Assembly: GCA_964016885.1 (NCBI GenBank)
Contig: OZ024758.1
Span: 40,114,001-40,178,000 of the forward strand
Direction of reading: 5' to 3'
From: Eledone cirrhosa
Taxonomy: Eukaryota
DNA length: 64,000 bases
The notes beneath the pieces are model-generated. The model saw only the letters and a list, made by a program, of their open reading frames with translations, was not told the origin of the DNA and searched no databases. Positions 24,701 through 36,689 of this stretch are shown here, one piece after another (position 1 is the stretch's first letter; each line of letters starts with the position of its first letter). Position numbers and translations under genes: made by a program.

Positions 24701-27700
24701 TTAGCTTAGCTTAGCTTAGGATAGCTTAGCTTAGCTTAGCTTAGGATAGCTTAGCTTAGGTTAGCTTAGCTTAGCTTAGCTTAGCTTAGGATAGCTTAGC
24801 TTAGGATAGCTTAGGATAGCTTAGCTTAGGATAGCTTAGGATAGCTTAGCTTAGGAGAGCTTAGCTTAGGATAGCTTAGGATAGCTTAGCTTAGGATAGC
24901 TTAGGATAGCTTAGCTTAGGATAGCTTAGCTTAGGATAGCTTAGGATAGCTTAGCTTAGCTTAGCTTAGGATAGCTTAGCTTAGCTTAGCTTAGGATAGC
25001 TTAGCTTAGCTTAGCTTAGGATAGCTTAGGATAGCTTAGCTTAGGATAGCTTAGGATAGCTTAGCTTAGGATAGCTTAGGATAGCTTAGGATAGCTTAGC
25101 TTAGCTTAGCTTAGGATAGCTTAGCTTAGCTTAGCTTAGGATAGCTTAGCTTAGCTTAGCTTAGGATAGCTTAGCTTAGCTTAGGATAGCTTAGCTTAGC
25201 TTAGCTTAGGATAGCTTAGCTTAGCTTAGCTTAGGACAGCTTAGCTTATCTTAGCTTAGGATAGCTTAGCTTAGCTTAGGATAGCTTAGCTTAGCTTAGC
25301 TTAGGATAGCTTAGCTTAGCTTAGCTTAGGATAGCTTAGCTTAGGATAGCTTAGCTTAGGATAGCTTAGCTTAGGTTAGCTTAGCTTAGCTTAGCTTAGG
25401 ATAGCTTAGGATAGCTTAGCTTAGGATAGCTTAGCTTAGCTTAGCTTAGGATAGCTTAGCTTAGCTTAGCTTAGGATAGCTTAGCTTAGCTTAGCTTAGG
25501 ATAGCTTAGCTTAGCTTAGCTTAGGATAGCTTAGCTTAGGATAGCTTAGGATAGCTTAGCTTAGCTTAGCTTAGGATAGCTTAGCTTAGCTTAGCTTAGG
25601 ATAGCTTAGCTTAGCTTAGGATAGCTTAGCTTAGCTTAGCTTAGGATAGCTTAGCTTAGCTTAGCTTAGGATAGCTTAGCTTAGCTTAGCTTAGGATAGC
25701 TTAGGATAGCTTAGGATAGCTTAGCTTAGCTTAGCTTAGGATAGCTTAGCTTAGCTTAGCTTAGGATAGCTTAGCTTAGCTTAGCTTAGGATAGCTTAGC
25801 TTAGCTTAGGATAGCTTAGCTTAGCTTAGCTTAGGATAGCTTAGCTTAGCTTAGCTTAGGATAGCTTAGCTTAGCTTAGCTTAGGATAGCTTAGCTTAGC
25901 TTAGGATAGCTTAGCTTAGCTTAGCTTAGGATAGCTTAGCTTAGGATAGCTTAGGATAGCTTAGCTTAGGATAGCTTAGCTTAGGATAGCTTAGGATAGC
26001 TTAGCTTAGCTTAGCTTAGGATAGCTTAGCTTAGCTTAGCTTAGGATAGCTTAGCTTAGCTTAGGATAGCTTAGCTTAGCTTAGCTTAGGATAGCTTAGC
26101 TTAGCTTAGCTTAGGATAGCTTAGGATAGCTTAGCTTAGCTTAGCTTAGGATAGCTTAGCTTAGCTTAGCTTAGGATAGCTTAGCTTAGCTTAGCTTAGG
26201 ATAGCTTAGCTTAGGATAGCTTAGCTTAGGATAGCTTAGCTTAGGTTAGCTTAGCTTAGCTTAGCTTAGGATAGCTTAGGATAGCTTAGCTTAGGATAGC
26301 TTAGCTTAGCTTAGCTTAGGATAGCTTAGCTTAGCTTAGCTTAGGATAGCTTAGCTTAGGATAGCTTAGGATTGCTTAGCTTAGCTTAGCTTAGGATAGC
26401 TTAGCTTAGCTTAGCTTAGGATAGCTTAGCTTAGCTTAGGATAGCTTAGCTTAGCTTAGCTTAGGATAGCTTAGCTTAGCTTAGCTTAGGATAGCTTAGC
26501 TTAGCTTAGCTTAGGATAGCTTAGGATAGCTTAGGATAGCTTAGCTTAGCTTAGCTTAGGATAGCTTAGCTTAGGATAGCTTAGGATAGCTTAGCTTAGC
26601 TTAGCTTAGGATAGCTTAGCTTAGCTTAGCTTAGGATAGCTTAGCTTAGCTTAGGATAGCTTAGCTTAGCTTAGCTTAGGATAGCTTAGCTTAGCTTAGC
26701 TTAGGATAGCTTAGCTTAGCTTAGCTTAGGATAGCTTAGCTTAGGATAGCTTAGCTTAGGATAGCTTAGCTTAGGTTAGCTTAGCTTAGCTTAGCTTAGG
26801 ATAGCTTAGGATAGCTTAGCTTAGGATAGCTTAGCTTAGCTTAGCTTAGGATAGCTTAGCTTAGTTTAGCTTAGGATAGCTTAGCTTAGCTTAGCTTAGG
26901 ATAGCTTAGCTTAGGATAGCTTAGGATTGCTTAGCTTAGCTTAGCTTAGGATAGCTTAGCTTAGCTTAGCTTAGGATAGCTTAGCTTAGCTTAGGATAGC
27001 TTAGCTTAGCTTAGCTTAGGATAGCTTAGCTTAGCTTAGCTTAGGATAGCTTAGCTTAGCTTAGCTTAGGATAGCTTAGGATAGCTTAGGATAGCTTAGC
27101 TTTGCTTAGCTTAGGATAGCTTAGCTTAGCTTAGCTTAGGATAGCTTAGCTTAGCTTAGCTTAGGATAGCTTAGCTTAGCTTAGGATAGCTTAGCTTAGC
27201 TTAGCTTAGGATAGCTTAGCTTAGCTTAGCTTAGGATAGCTTAGCTTAGCTTAGCTAAGGATAGCTTAGCTTAGCTTAGCTTAGGATAGATTAGCTTAGC
27301 TTAGGATAGCTTAGCTTAGCTTAGCTTAGGAAAGCTTAGCTTAGCTTAGGATAGCTTAGTTTAGCTTAGCTTAGGAGAGCTTAGCTTAGCTTAGGATAGC
27401 TTAGCTTAGCTTAGCTTAGGATAGCTTAGCTTAGCTTAGCTTAGGTAGCTTAGCTTAGCTTAGCTTAGGATAGCTTAGCTTAGCTTAGCTTAGCTTAGGA
27501 TAGCTTAGCTTAGCTTAGCTTAGGAGAGCTTAGCTTAGCTTAGCTTAGGATAGCTTAGGATAGCTTAGCTTAGGATAGCTTAGGATAGCTTACCTTAGGA
27601 GAGCTTAGCTTAGGATAGCTTAGCTTAGGATAGCTTAGGATAGCTTAGCTTAGGATAGCTTAGCTTAGGATAGCTTAGCTTAGGATAGCTTAGGATAGCT

Positions 27701-29700
27701 TAGCTTAGCTTAGCTTAGGATAGCTTAGCTTAGCTTAGCTTAGGATAGCTTAGCTTAGGTTAGCTTAGCTTAGCTTAGCTTAGCTTAGGATAGCTTAGCT
27801 TAGGATAGCTTAGGATAGCTTAGCTTAGGATAGCTTAGGATAGCTTAGCTTAGGAGAGCTTAGCTTAGGATAGCTTAGGATAGCTTAGCTTAGGATAGCT
27901 TAGGATAGCTTAGCTTAGGATAGCTTAGCTTAGGATAGCTTAGGATAGCTTAGCTTAGCTTAGCTTAGGATAGCTTAGCTTAGCTTAGCTTAGGATAGCT
28001 TAGCTTAGCTTAGCTTAGGATAGCTTAGCTTAGCTTAGCTTAGGATAGCTTAGGATAGCTTAGCTTAGGATAGCTTAGGATAGCTTAGCTTAGGATAGCT
28101 TAGGATAGCTTAGGATAGCTTAGCTTAGCTTAGCTTAGGATAGCTTAGCTTAGCTTAGCTTAGGATAGCTTAGCTTAGCTTAGCTTAGGATAGCTTAGCT
28201 TAGCTTAGGATAGCTTAGCTTAGCTTAGCTTAGGATAGCTTAGCTTAGCTTAGCTTAGGACAGCTTAGCTTAGCTTAGCTTAGGATAGCTTAGCTTAGCT
28301 TAGGATAGCTTAGCTTAGGATAGCTTAGCTTAGGATAGCTTAGCTTAGGTTAGCTTAGCTTAGCTTAGCTTAGGATAGCTTAGGATAGCTTAGCTTAGGA
28401 TAGCTTAGCTTAGCTTAGCTTAGGATAGCTTAGCTTAGCTTAGCTTAGGATAGCTTAGCTTAGCTTAGCTTAGGATAGCTTAGCTTAGCTTAGCTTAGGA
28501 TAGCTTAGCTTAGGATAGCTTAGGATAGCTTAGCTTAGCTTAGCTTAGGATAGCTTAGCTTAGCTTAGCTTAGGATAGCTTAGCTTAGCTTAGCTTAGGA
28601 TAGCTTAGCTTAGCTTAGGATAGCTTAGCTTAGCTTAGCTTAGGATAGCTTAGCTTAGCTTAGCTTAGGATAGCTTAGCTTAGCTTAGCTTAGGATAGCT
28701 TAGGATAGCTTAGGATAGCTTAGCTTAGCTTAGCTTAGGATAGCTTAGCTTAGCTTAGCTTAGGATAGCTTAGCTTAGCTTAGCTTAGGATAGCTTAGCT
28801 TAGCTTAGCTTAGGATAGCTTAGCTTAGGATAGCTTAGGATAGCTTAGCTTAGCTTAGCTTAGGATAGCTTAGCTTAGCTTAGCTTAGGATAGCTTAGCT
28901 TAGCTTAGGATAGCTTAGCTTAGCTTAGCTTAGGATAGCTTAGCTTAGCTTAGCTTAGGATAGCTTAGCTTAGCTTAGCTTAGGATAGCTTAGGATAGCT
29001 TAGGATAGCTTAGCTTAGCTTAGCTTAGGATAGCTTAGCTTAGCTTAGCTTAGGATAGCTTAGCTTAGCTTAGCTTAGGATAGCTTAGCTTAGCTTAGGA
29101 TAGCTTAGCTTAGCTTAGCTTAGGATAGCTTAGCTTAGCTTAGCTTAGGATAGCTTAGCTTAGCTTAGCTTAGGATAGCTTAGCTTAGCTTAGGATAGCT
29201 TAGCTTAGCTTAGCTTAGGATAGCTTAGCTTAGGATAGCTTAGGATAGCTTAGCTTAGGATAGCTTAGCTTAGGATAGCTTAGGATAGCTTAGCTTAGCT
29301 TAGCTTAGGATAGCTTAGCTTAGCTTAGCTTAGGATAGCTTAGCTTAGCTTAGGATAGCTTAGCTTAGCTTAGCTTAGGATAGCTTAGCTTAGCTTAGCT
29401 TAGGATAGCTTAGGATAGCTTAGCTTAGCTTAGCTTAGGATAGCTTAGCTTAGCTTAGCTTAGGATAGCTTAGCTTAGCTTAGCTTAGGATAGCTTAGCT
29501 TAGGATAGCTTAGCTTAGGATAGCTTAGCTTAGGTTAGCTTAGCTTAGCTTAGCTTAGGATAGCTTAGGATAGCTTAGCTTAGGATAGCTTAGCTTAGCT
29601 TAGCTTAGGATAGCTTAGCTTAGCTTAGCTTAGGATAGCTTAGCTTAGGATAGCTTAGGATTGCTTAGCTTAGCTTAGCTTAGGATAGCTTAGCTTAGCT
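21750..29700 (+). repeat. ~2.2-3.0 kb higher-order repeat, about 3 units
   Basis: GGTAG deletion at ~22293, ~24472, ~27446; TACCTTAGGAGAG at 22445, 24594, 27593; GGACAG at 23053, 25237, 28261; CTTTGC at 24129 and 27103. Confidence 0.85.
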
Positions 29701-30899
29701 TAGCTTAGGATAGCTTAGCTTAGCTTAGGATAGCTTAGCTTAGCTTAGCTTAGGATAGCTTAGCTTAGCTTAGCTTAGGATAGCTTAGCTTAGCTTAGCT
29801 TAGGATAGCTTAGCTTAGCTTAGCTTAGGATAGCTTAGCTTAGCTTAGCTTAGGATAGCTTAGCTTAGCTTAGCTTAGTATAGCTTAGCTTAGCTTGGCT
29901 TAGGATAGCCTAGCTTAGCTTAGCTTAGGATGGCTTAGCTTAGCTTAGCTTAGGATAGCTTAGCTTAGCTTAGCTTAGCTTAGTTTAGGATAGCTTAGCT
30001 TAGCTTAGCTTAGGATAGCTTAGGATAGCTTAGCTTAGGATAGCTTAGGATAGCTTAACTTAGGATAGCTTAGGATAGCTTAGCTTAGGATAGCTTAGCT
30101 TAGGATAGCTTAGCTTAGGATAGCTTATGATAGCTTAGCATAGGATAGCTTAGGATAGCTTAGGAAAGCTTAGCTTAGCTTAGCTTAGGATAGCTTAGCT
30201 TAGCTTAGGATAGCTTAGCTTAGCTTAGCTTAGCTTAGCTTAGGATAGCTTAGCTTAGCTTAGCTTAGGATAGCTTAGGATAGCTTAGCTTAGGATAACT
30301 TAGGATAGCTTAGCTTAGGATAGCTTAGGATAGCTTAGCTTAGGATAGCTTAGCTTAGCTTAGCTTAGGATAGCTTAGCTTAGCTTAGCTTAGGATAGCT
30401 TAGCTTAGCTTAGCTTAGCTTAGGATAGCTTAGCTTAGCTTAGCTTAGGATAGCTTAGGATAGCTTAGCTTAGGATAGCTTAGCTTAGCTTAGCTTAGGA
30501 TAGCTTAGCTTAGCTTAGCTTAGGATAGCTTAGCTTAGCTTAGCTTAGGATAGCTTAGCTTAGCTTAGCTTAGGATAGCTTAGCTTAGCTTAGGATAGCT
30601 TAGCTTAGCTTAGCTTAGGATAGCTTAGCTTAGCTTAGGATAGCTTAGCTTAGCTTAGCTTAGGATAGCTTAGCTTAGCTTAGCTTAGGATAGCTTAGCT
30701 TAGCTTAGGATAGCTTAGCTTAGCTTAGCTTAGGATAGCTTAGCTTAGCTTAGCTTAGGATAGCTTAGCTTAGCTTAGCTTAGGATAGCTTAGCTTAGCT
30801 TAGCTTAGGATAGCTTAGCTTAGCTTAGGATAGCTTAGCTTAGCTTAGCTTAGGATAGCTTAGCTTAGCTTAGCTTAGGATAGCTTAGCTTAGCTTAGC

Positions 30900-33800
30900 T
30901 TAGGATAGCTTAGCTTAGCTTAGCTTAGGATAGCTTAGCTTAGCTTAGCTTAGGATTACTTAGCTTAGCTTAGCTTAGCTTAGGATAGCTTAGCTTAGGA
31001 TAGCTTAGCTTAGCTTAGGATAGCTTAGCTTAGCTTAGGATAGCTTAGCTTAGCTTAGCTTAGCTTAGGATAGCTTAGCTTAGCTTAGGATAGCTTAACT
31101 TAGCTTAGCTTAGCTTAGGATAGCTTAGCTTAGCTTAGCTTAGCTTAGGACAGCTTAGCTTAGCTTAGCTTAGGATAGCTTAGCTTAGCTTAGCTTAGGA
31201 TAGCTTAGCTTAGCTTAGCTTAGGATAGCTTAGCTTAGCTTAGCTTAGGATAGCTTAGCTTAGCTTAGCTTAGGATAGCTTAGGATAGCTTAGCTTAGGA
31301 TAGCTTAGGATAGCTTAGCTTAGGAGAGCTTAGCTTAGGATAGCTTAGCTTAGCTTAGCTTAGGATAGCTTAGCTTGGGATAGCTTAGGATAGCTTAGCT
31401 TAGGAAAGCTTAGCTTAGGATAGCTTAGCTTAGGATAGCTTAGCTTAGCTTAGCTTAGGATAGCTTAGCTTAGCTTAGCTTAGGATAGCTTAGCTTAGCT
31501 TAGGATAGCTTAGCTTAGCTTAGCTTAGGATAGCTTAGCTTAGCTTAGCTTAGGATAGCTTAGCTTAGCTTAGCTTAGGATAGCTTAGCTTAGCTTAGCT
31601 TAGGATAGCTTAGCTTAGCTTAGGATAGCTTAGCTTAGGATAGCTTAGCTTAGGATAGCTTAGCTTAGGATAGCTTAGCTTAGGATAGCTTAGGATAGCT
31701 TAGCTTAGGATAGCTTAGGATAGCTTAGCTTAGGATAGCTTAGCTTAGCTTAGCTTAGGATATCTTAGCTTAGCTTAGGATAGCTTAGCTTAGCTTAGCT
31801 TAGGATAGCTTAGCTTAGGATAGCTTAGGATAGCTTAGCTTAGCTTAGCTTAGGATAGCTTAGCATAGCTTAGGTTAGCTTAGCTTAGCTTAGGATAGCT
31901 TAGCTTAGCTTAGGATAGCTTAGCTTAGCTTAGCTTAGGATAGCTTAGCTTAGCTTAGCTTAGGATAGCTTAGCTTAGCTTAGCTTAGGATAGCTTAGGA
32001 TAGCTTAGCTTAGGATAGCTTAGCTTAGGATAGCTTAGGATAGCTTAGCTTAGCTTAGGATAGCTTAGCTTAGCTTAGCTTAGGATAGCTTAGCTTAGCT
32101 TAGGATAGCTTAGCTTAGGATAGCTTAGGATAGCTTAGGATAGCTTAGCTTAGGATAGCTTAGCTTAGGATAGCTTAGGATAGCTTAGCTTAGGATAGCT
32201 TAGGATAGCTTAGCTTAGGATAGCTTAGCTTAGGATAGCTTAGCTTAGCTTAGCTTAGGAGAGCTTAGCTTAGGATAGCTTAGGATAGCTTAGCTTAGGT
32301 AGCTTAGCTTAGGATAGCTTAGGATAGCTTAGCTTAGCTTAGCTTAGGATAGCTTTGCTTAGCTTAGCTTAGGATAGCTTAGCTTAGCTTAGGATAGCTT
32401 AGCTTAGCTTACCTTAGGATAGCTTAGCTTAGCTTAGCTTAGGATAGCTTAGCTTAGCTTAGCTGAGGATAGCTTAGCTTAGCTTAGGATAGCTTAGCTT
32501 AGCTTAGCTTAGGATAGCTTAGCTTAGCTTAGCTTAGGATTACTTAGCTTAGCTTAGTTTAGCTTAGGATAGCTTAGCTTAGGATAGCTTAGCTTAGCTT
32601 AGCTTAGGATAGCTTAGCTTAGCTTAGCTTAGCTTAGGATAGCTAAGCTTAGCTTAGGATAGCTTAGCTTAGCTTAGCTTAGGATAGCTTAGCTTAGCTT
32701 AGCTTAGCTTAGGACAGCTTAGCTTAGCTTAGCTTAGGATAGCTTAGCTTAGCTTAGCTTAGGATAGCTTAGCTTAGCTTAGCTTAGTATAGCTTAGCTT
32801 AGCTTAGGATAGCTTAGGATAGCTTAGCTTAGGATAGCTTAGGATAGCTTAGCTTAGGATAGCTTAGGATAGCTTAGCTTAGGATAGCTTAGCTTAGGAT
32901 AGCTTAGCTTAGCTTAGCTTAGGATAGCTTAGCTTGGGATAGCTTAGGATAGCTTAGCTTAGGAAAGCTTAGCTTAGGATAGCTTAGCTTAGGATAGCTT
33001 AGGATAGCTTAGCTTAGCTTAGCTTAGGATAGCTTAGCTTAGCTTAGCTTAGGATAGCTTAGCTTAGCTTAGCTTAGGATAGCTTAGCTTAGCTTAGGAT
33101 AGCTTAGCTTAGCTTAGCTTAGGATAGCTTAGCTTAGCTTAGCTTAGGATAGCTTAGCTTAGGATAGCTTAGGATAGCTTAGCTTAGCTTAGCTTAGGAT
33201 AGCTTAGCATAGCTTAGGATAGCTTAGCTTAGCTTAGGATAGCTTAGCTTAGCTTAGGATAGCTTAGCTTAGCTTAGCTTAGGATAGCTTAGCTTAGCTT
33301 AGCTTAGGATAGCTTAGCTTAGCTTAGCTTAGGATAGCTTAGGATAGCTTAGCCTAGCTTAGCTTAGGATAGCTTAGCTTAGCTTAGCTTAGGATAGCTT
33401 AGCTTAGCTTAGCTTAGGATAGCTTAGCTTAGCTTAGCTTAGGATAGCTTAGCTTAGGATAGCTTAGCTTAGCTTAGTTTAGGATAGCTTAGCTTAGGAT
33501 AGCTTAGCTTAGCTTAGGATAGCTTAGCTTAGCTTAGCTTAGGATAGCTTAGCTTAGCTTAGCTTAGGATAGCTTAGCTTAGCTTAGCTTAGGATAGCTT
33601 AGCTTAGCTTGGCTTAGGATAGCTTAGCTTAGCTTAGCTTAGGATAGCTTAGCTTAGCTTAGCTTAGGATAGCTTAGCTTAGCTTAGGATAGCTTAGCTT
33701 AATTTAGGATAGCTTAGCTTAGCTTGGCTTAGGATAGCTTAGCTTAGCTTAGGATAGCTTAGCTTAGGATAGCTTAGGATAGCTTAGCTTAGCATAGCTT

Positions 33801-36350
33801 AGGATAGCTTAGCTTAGGATAGCTTAGGATAGCTTAGCTTAGGATAGCTTAGGATAGCTTAGCTTAGGATAGCTTAGGATAGCTTAGCTTAGGATAGCTT
33901 AGCTTAGGATAGCTTAGCTTAGCTTAGCTTAGGATAGCTTAGCTTAGCTTAGCTTAGGATAGCTTAGGATAGCTTAGCTTAGGATAGCTTAGGATAGCTT
34001 AGCTTAGGATAGCTTAGCTTAGGATAGCTTAGCTTAGGATAGCTTAGCTTAGCTTAGGAGAGCTTAGCTTAGCTTAGCTTAGGATAGCTTAGCTTAGCTT
34101 AGCTTAGGATAGCTTAGCTTAGCTTAGCTTAGGATAGCTTAGGATAGCTTAGCCTAGCTTAGCTTAGGATAGCTTAGCTTAGCTTAGCTTAGGATAGCTT
34201 AGCTTAGCTTAGCTTAGGATAGCTTAGCTTAGCTTAGCTTAGGATAGCTTAGCTTAGGATAGCTTAGCTTAGCTTAGTTTAGGATAGCTTAGCTTAGGAT
34301 AGCTTAGCTTAGCTTAGGATAGCTTAGATTAGCTTAGCTTAGGATAGCTTAGCTTAGCTTAGCTTAGGATAGCTTAGCTTAGCTTAGCTTAGGATAGCTT
34401 AGCTTAGCTTAGCTTAGGATAGCTTAGCTTAGCTTGGCTTAGGATAGCTTAGCTTAACTTAGCTTAGGATAGCTTAGCTTAGCTTAGCTTAGGATAGCTT
34501 AGCTTAGCTTAGGATAGCTTAGCTTAATTTAGGATAGCTTAGCTTAGCTTGGCTTAGGATAGCTTAGCTTAGCTTAGCTTAGGATAGCTTAGCTTAGGAT
34601 AGCTTAGGATAGCTTAGCTTAGCATAGCTTAGGATAGCTTAGCTTAGGATAGCTTAGGATAGCTTAGCTTAGGATAGCTTAGGATAGCTTAGCTTAGGAT
34701 AGCTTAGGATAGCTTAGCTTAGGATAGCTTAGCTTAGGATAGCTTAGCTTAGCTTAGCTTAGGATAGCTTAGCTTAGCTTAGCTTAGGATAGCTTAGGAT
34801 AGCTTAGCTTAGGATAGCTTAGGATAGCTTAGCTTAGGATAGCTTAGCTTAGTATAGCTTAGCTTAGGATAGCTTAGCTTAGGATAGCTTAGGATAGCTT
34901 AGCTTAGGATAGCTTAGCTTAGGATAGCTTAGGATAGCTTAGCTTAGCTTAGGATAGCTTAGCTTAGCTTAGCTTAGGATAGCTTAGCTTAGCTTAGCTT
35001 AGGATAGCTTAGGATAGCTTAGCTTAGGATAGCTTAGGATAGCTTAGCTTAGGATAGCTTAGGATAGCTTAGCTTAGGATAGCTTAGCTTAGGATAGCTT
35101 AGCTTAGCTTAGCTTAGGAGAGCTTAGCTTAGGATAGCTTAGGATAGCTTAGCTTAGGATAGCTTAGCTTAGGATAGCTTAGGATAGCTTAGCTTAGCTT
35201 AGCTTAGGATAGCTTAGCTTAGCTTAGCTTAGGATAGCTTAGCTTAGCTTAGGATAGCTTAGCTTAGCTTACCTTAGGATAGCTTAGCTTAGCTTAGCTT
35301 AGGATAGCTTAGCTTAGCTTAGCTTAGGATAGCTTAGCTTAGCTTAGGATAGCTTAGCTTAGCTTAGCTTAGGATAGCTTAGCTTAGCTTAGCTTAGGAT
35401 TACTTAGCTTAGCTTAGCTTAGCTTAGCTTAGGATAGCTTAGCTTAGGATAGCTTAGCTTAGCTTAGCTTAGGATAGCTTAGCTTAGCTTAGCTTAGCTT
35501 AGGATAGCTAAGCTTAGCTTAGGATAGCTTAGCTTATCTTAGCTTAGGATAGCTTAGCTTAGCTTAGCTTAGCTTAGCTTAGGACAGCTTAGCTTACCTT
35601 AGCTTAGGATAGCTTAGCTTAGCTTAGCTTAGGATAGCTTAGCTTAGCTTAGCTTAGTATAGCTTAGCTTAGCTTAGGATAGCTTAGGATAGCTTAGCTT
35701 AGGATAGCTTAGGATAGCTTAGCTTAGGATAGCTTAGGATAGCTTAGCTTAGGATAGCTTAGCTTAGGATAGCTTAGCTTAGCTTAGCTTAGGATAGCTT
35801 AGCTTGGGATAGCTTAGGATAGCTTAGCTTAGGAAAGCTTAGCTTAGGATAGCTTAGCTTAGGATAGCTTAGGATAGCTTAGCTTAGCTTAGCTTAGGAT
35901 AGCTTAGCTTAGCTTAGCTTAGGATAGCTTAGCTTAGCTTAGGATAGCTTAGCTTAGCTTAGGATAGCTTAGCTTAGCTTAGCTTAGGATAGCTTAGCTT
36001 AGCTTAGGATAGCTTAGCTTAGCTTAGCTTAGGATAGCTTAGCTTAGCTTAGGATAGCTTAGCTTAGCTTAGGATAGCTTAGCTTAGCTTAGGATAGCTT
36101 AGCTTAGGATAGTTTAGCTTAGGATAGCTTAGGATAGCTTAGCTTAGGATAGCTTAGGATAGCTTAGCTTAGGATAGCTTAGCTTAGCTTAGCTTAGGAT
36201 AGCTTAGCTTAGCTTAGGTAGCTTAGCTTAGCTTAGCTTAGGATAGCTTAGCTTAGGATAGCTTAGGATAGCTTAGCTTAGCTTAGCTTAGGATAGCTTA
36301 GCATAGCTTAGGATAGCTTAGCTTAGCTTAGGTTAGCTTAGCTTAGCTTA
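30900..36350 (+). repeat. Third repeat family: 3 related blocks separated by a local ~0.8 kb tandem duplication
   Basis: GGATTACT at ~30956, 32541, 35401; GGACAG at 31151, 32715, 35585; TGGGA...GGAAAG at 31377, 32936, 35806. AGCCTAGC at 33354 and 34154 and TAATTT at 33702 and 34527 mark the 0.8 kb pair. Confidence 0.82.
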
Positions 36351-36689
36351 GGATAGCTTAGCTTAGCTTAGCTTAGGATAGCTTAGCTTAGCTTAGCTTA
36401 GGATAGCTTAGCTTAGCTTAGCTTAGGATAGCTTAGCTTAGCTTAGCTTAGGATAGCTTAGCTTAGCTTAGCTTAGGATAGCTTAGCTTAGCTTAGCTTA
36501 GGATAGCTTAGCTTAGCTTAGCTTAGGATAGCTTAGCTTAGCTTAGTTTAGGATAGCTTAGCTTAGGATAGCTTAGCTTAGCTTAGCTTAGGATAGCTTA
36601 GCTTAGCTTAGCTTAGGATAGCTTAGCTTAGCTTAGCTTAGGATAGCTTAGCTTAATTTAGGATAGCTTAGTTTAGCTTGGCTTAGGAT

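Noticed and set aside
6991-35510. CTTAG to CTAAG variants as palindrome-perfecting template-switch products (6991, 9720, 18894, 27257, 32645, 35510)
   Set aside because: Other substitutions at nearby positions look similarly common by eye, so enrichment cannot be claimed without counting independent events.
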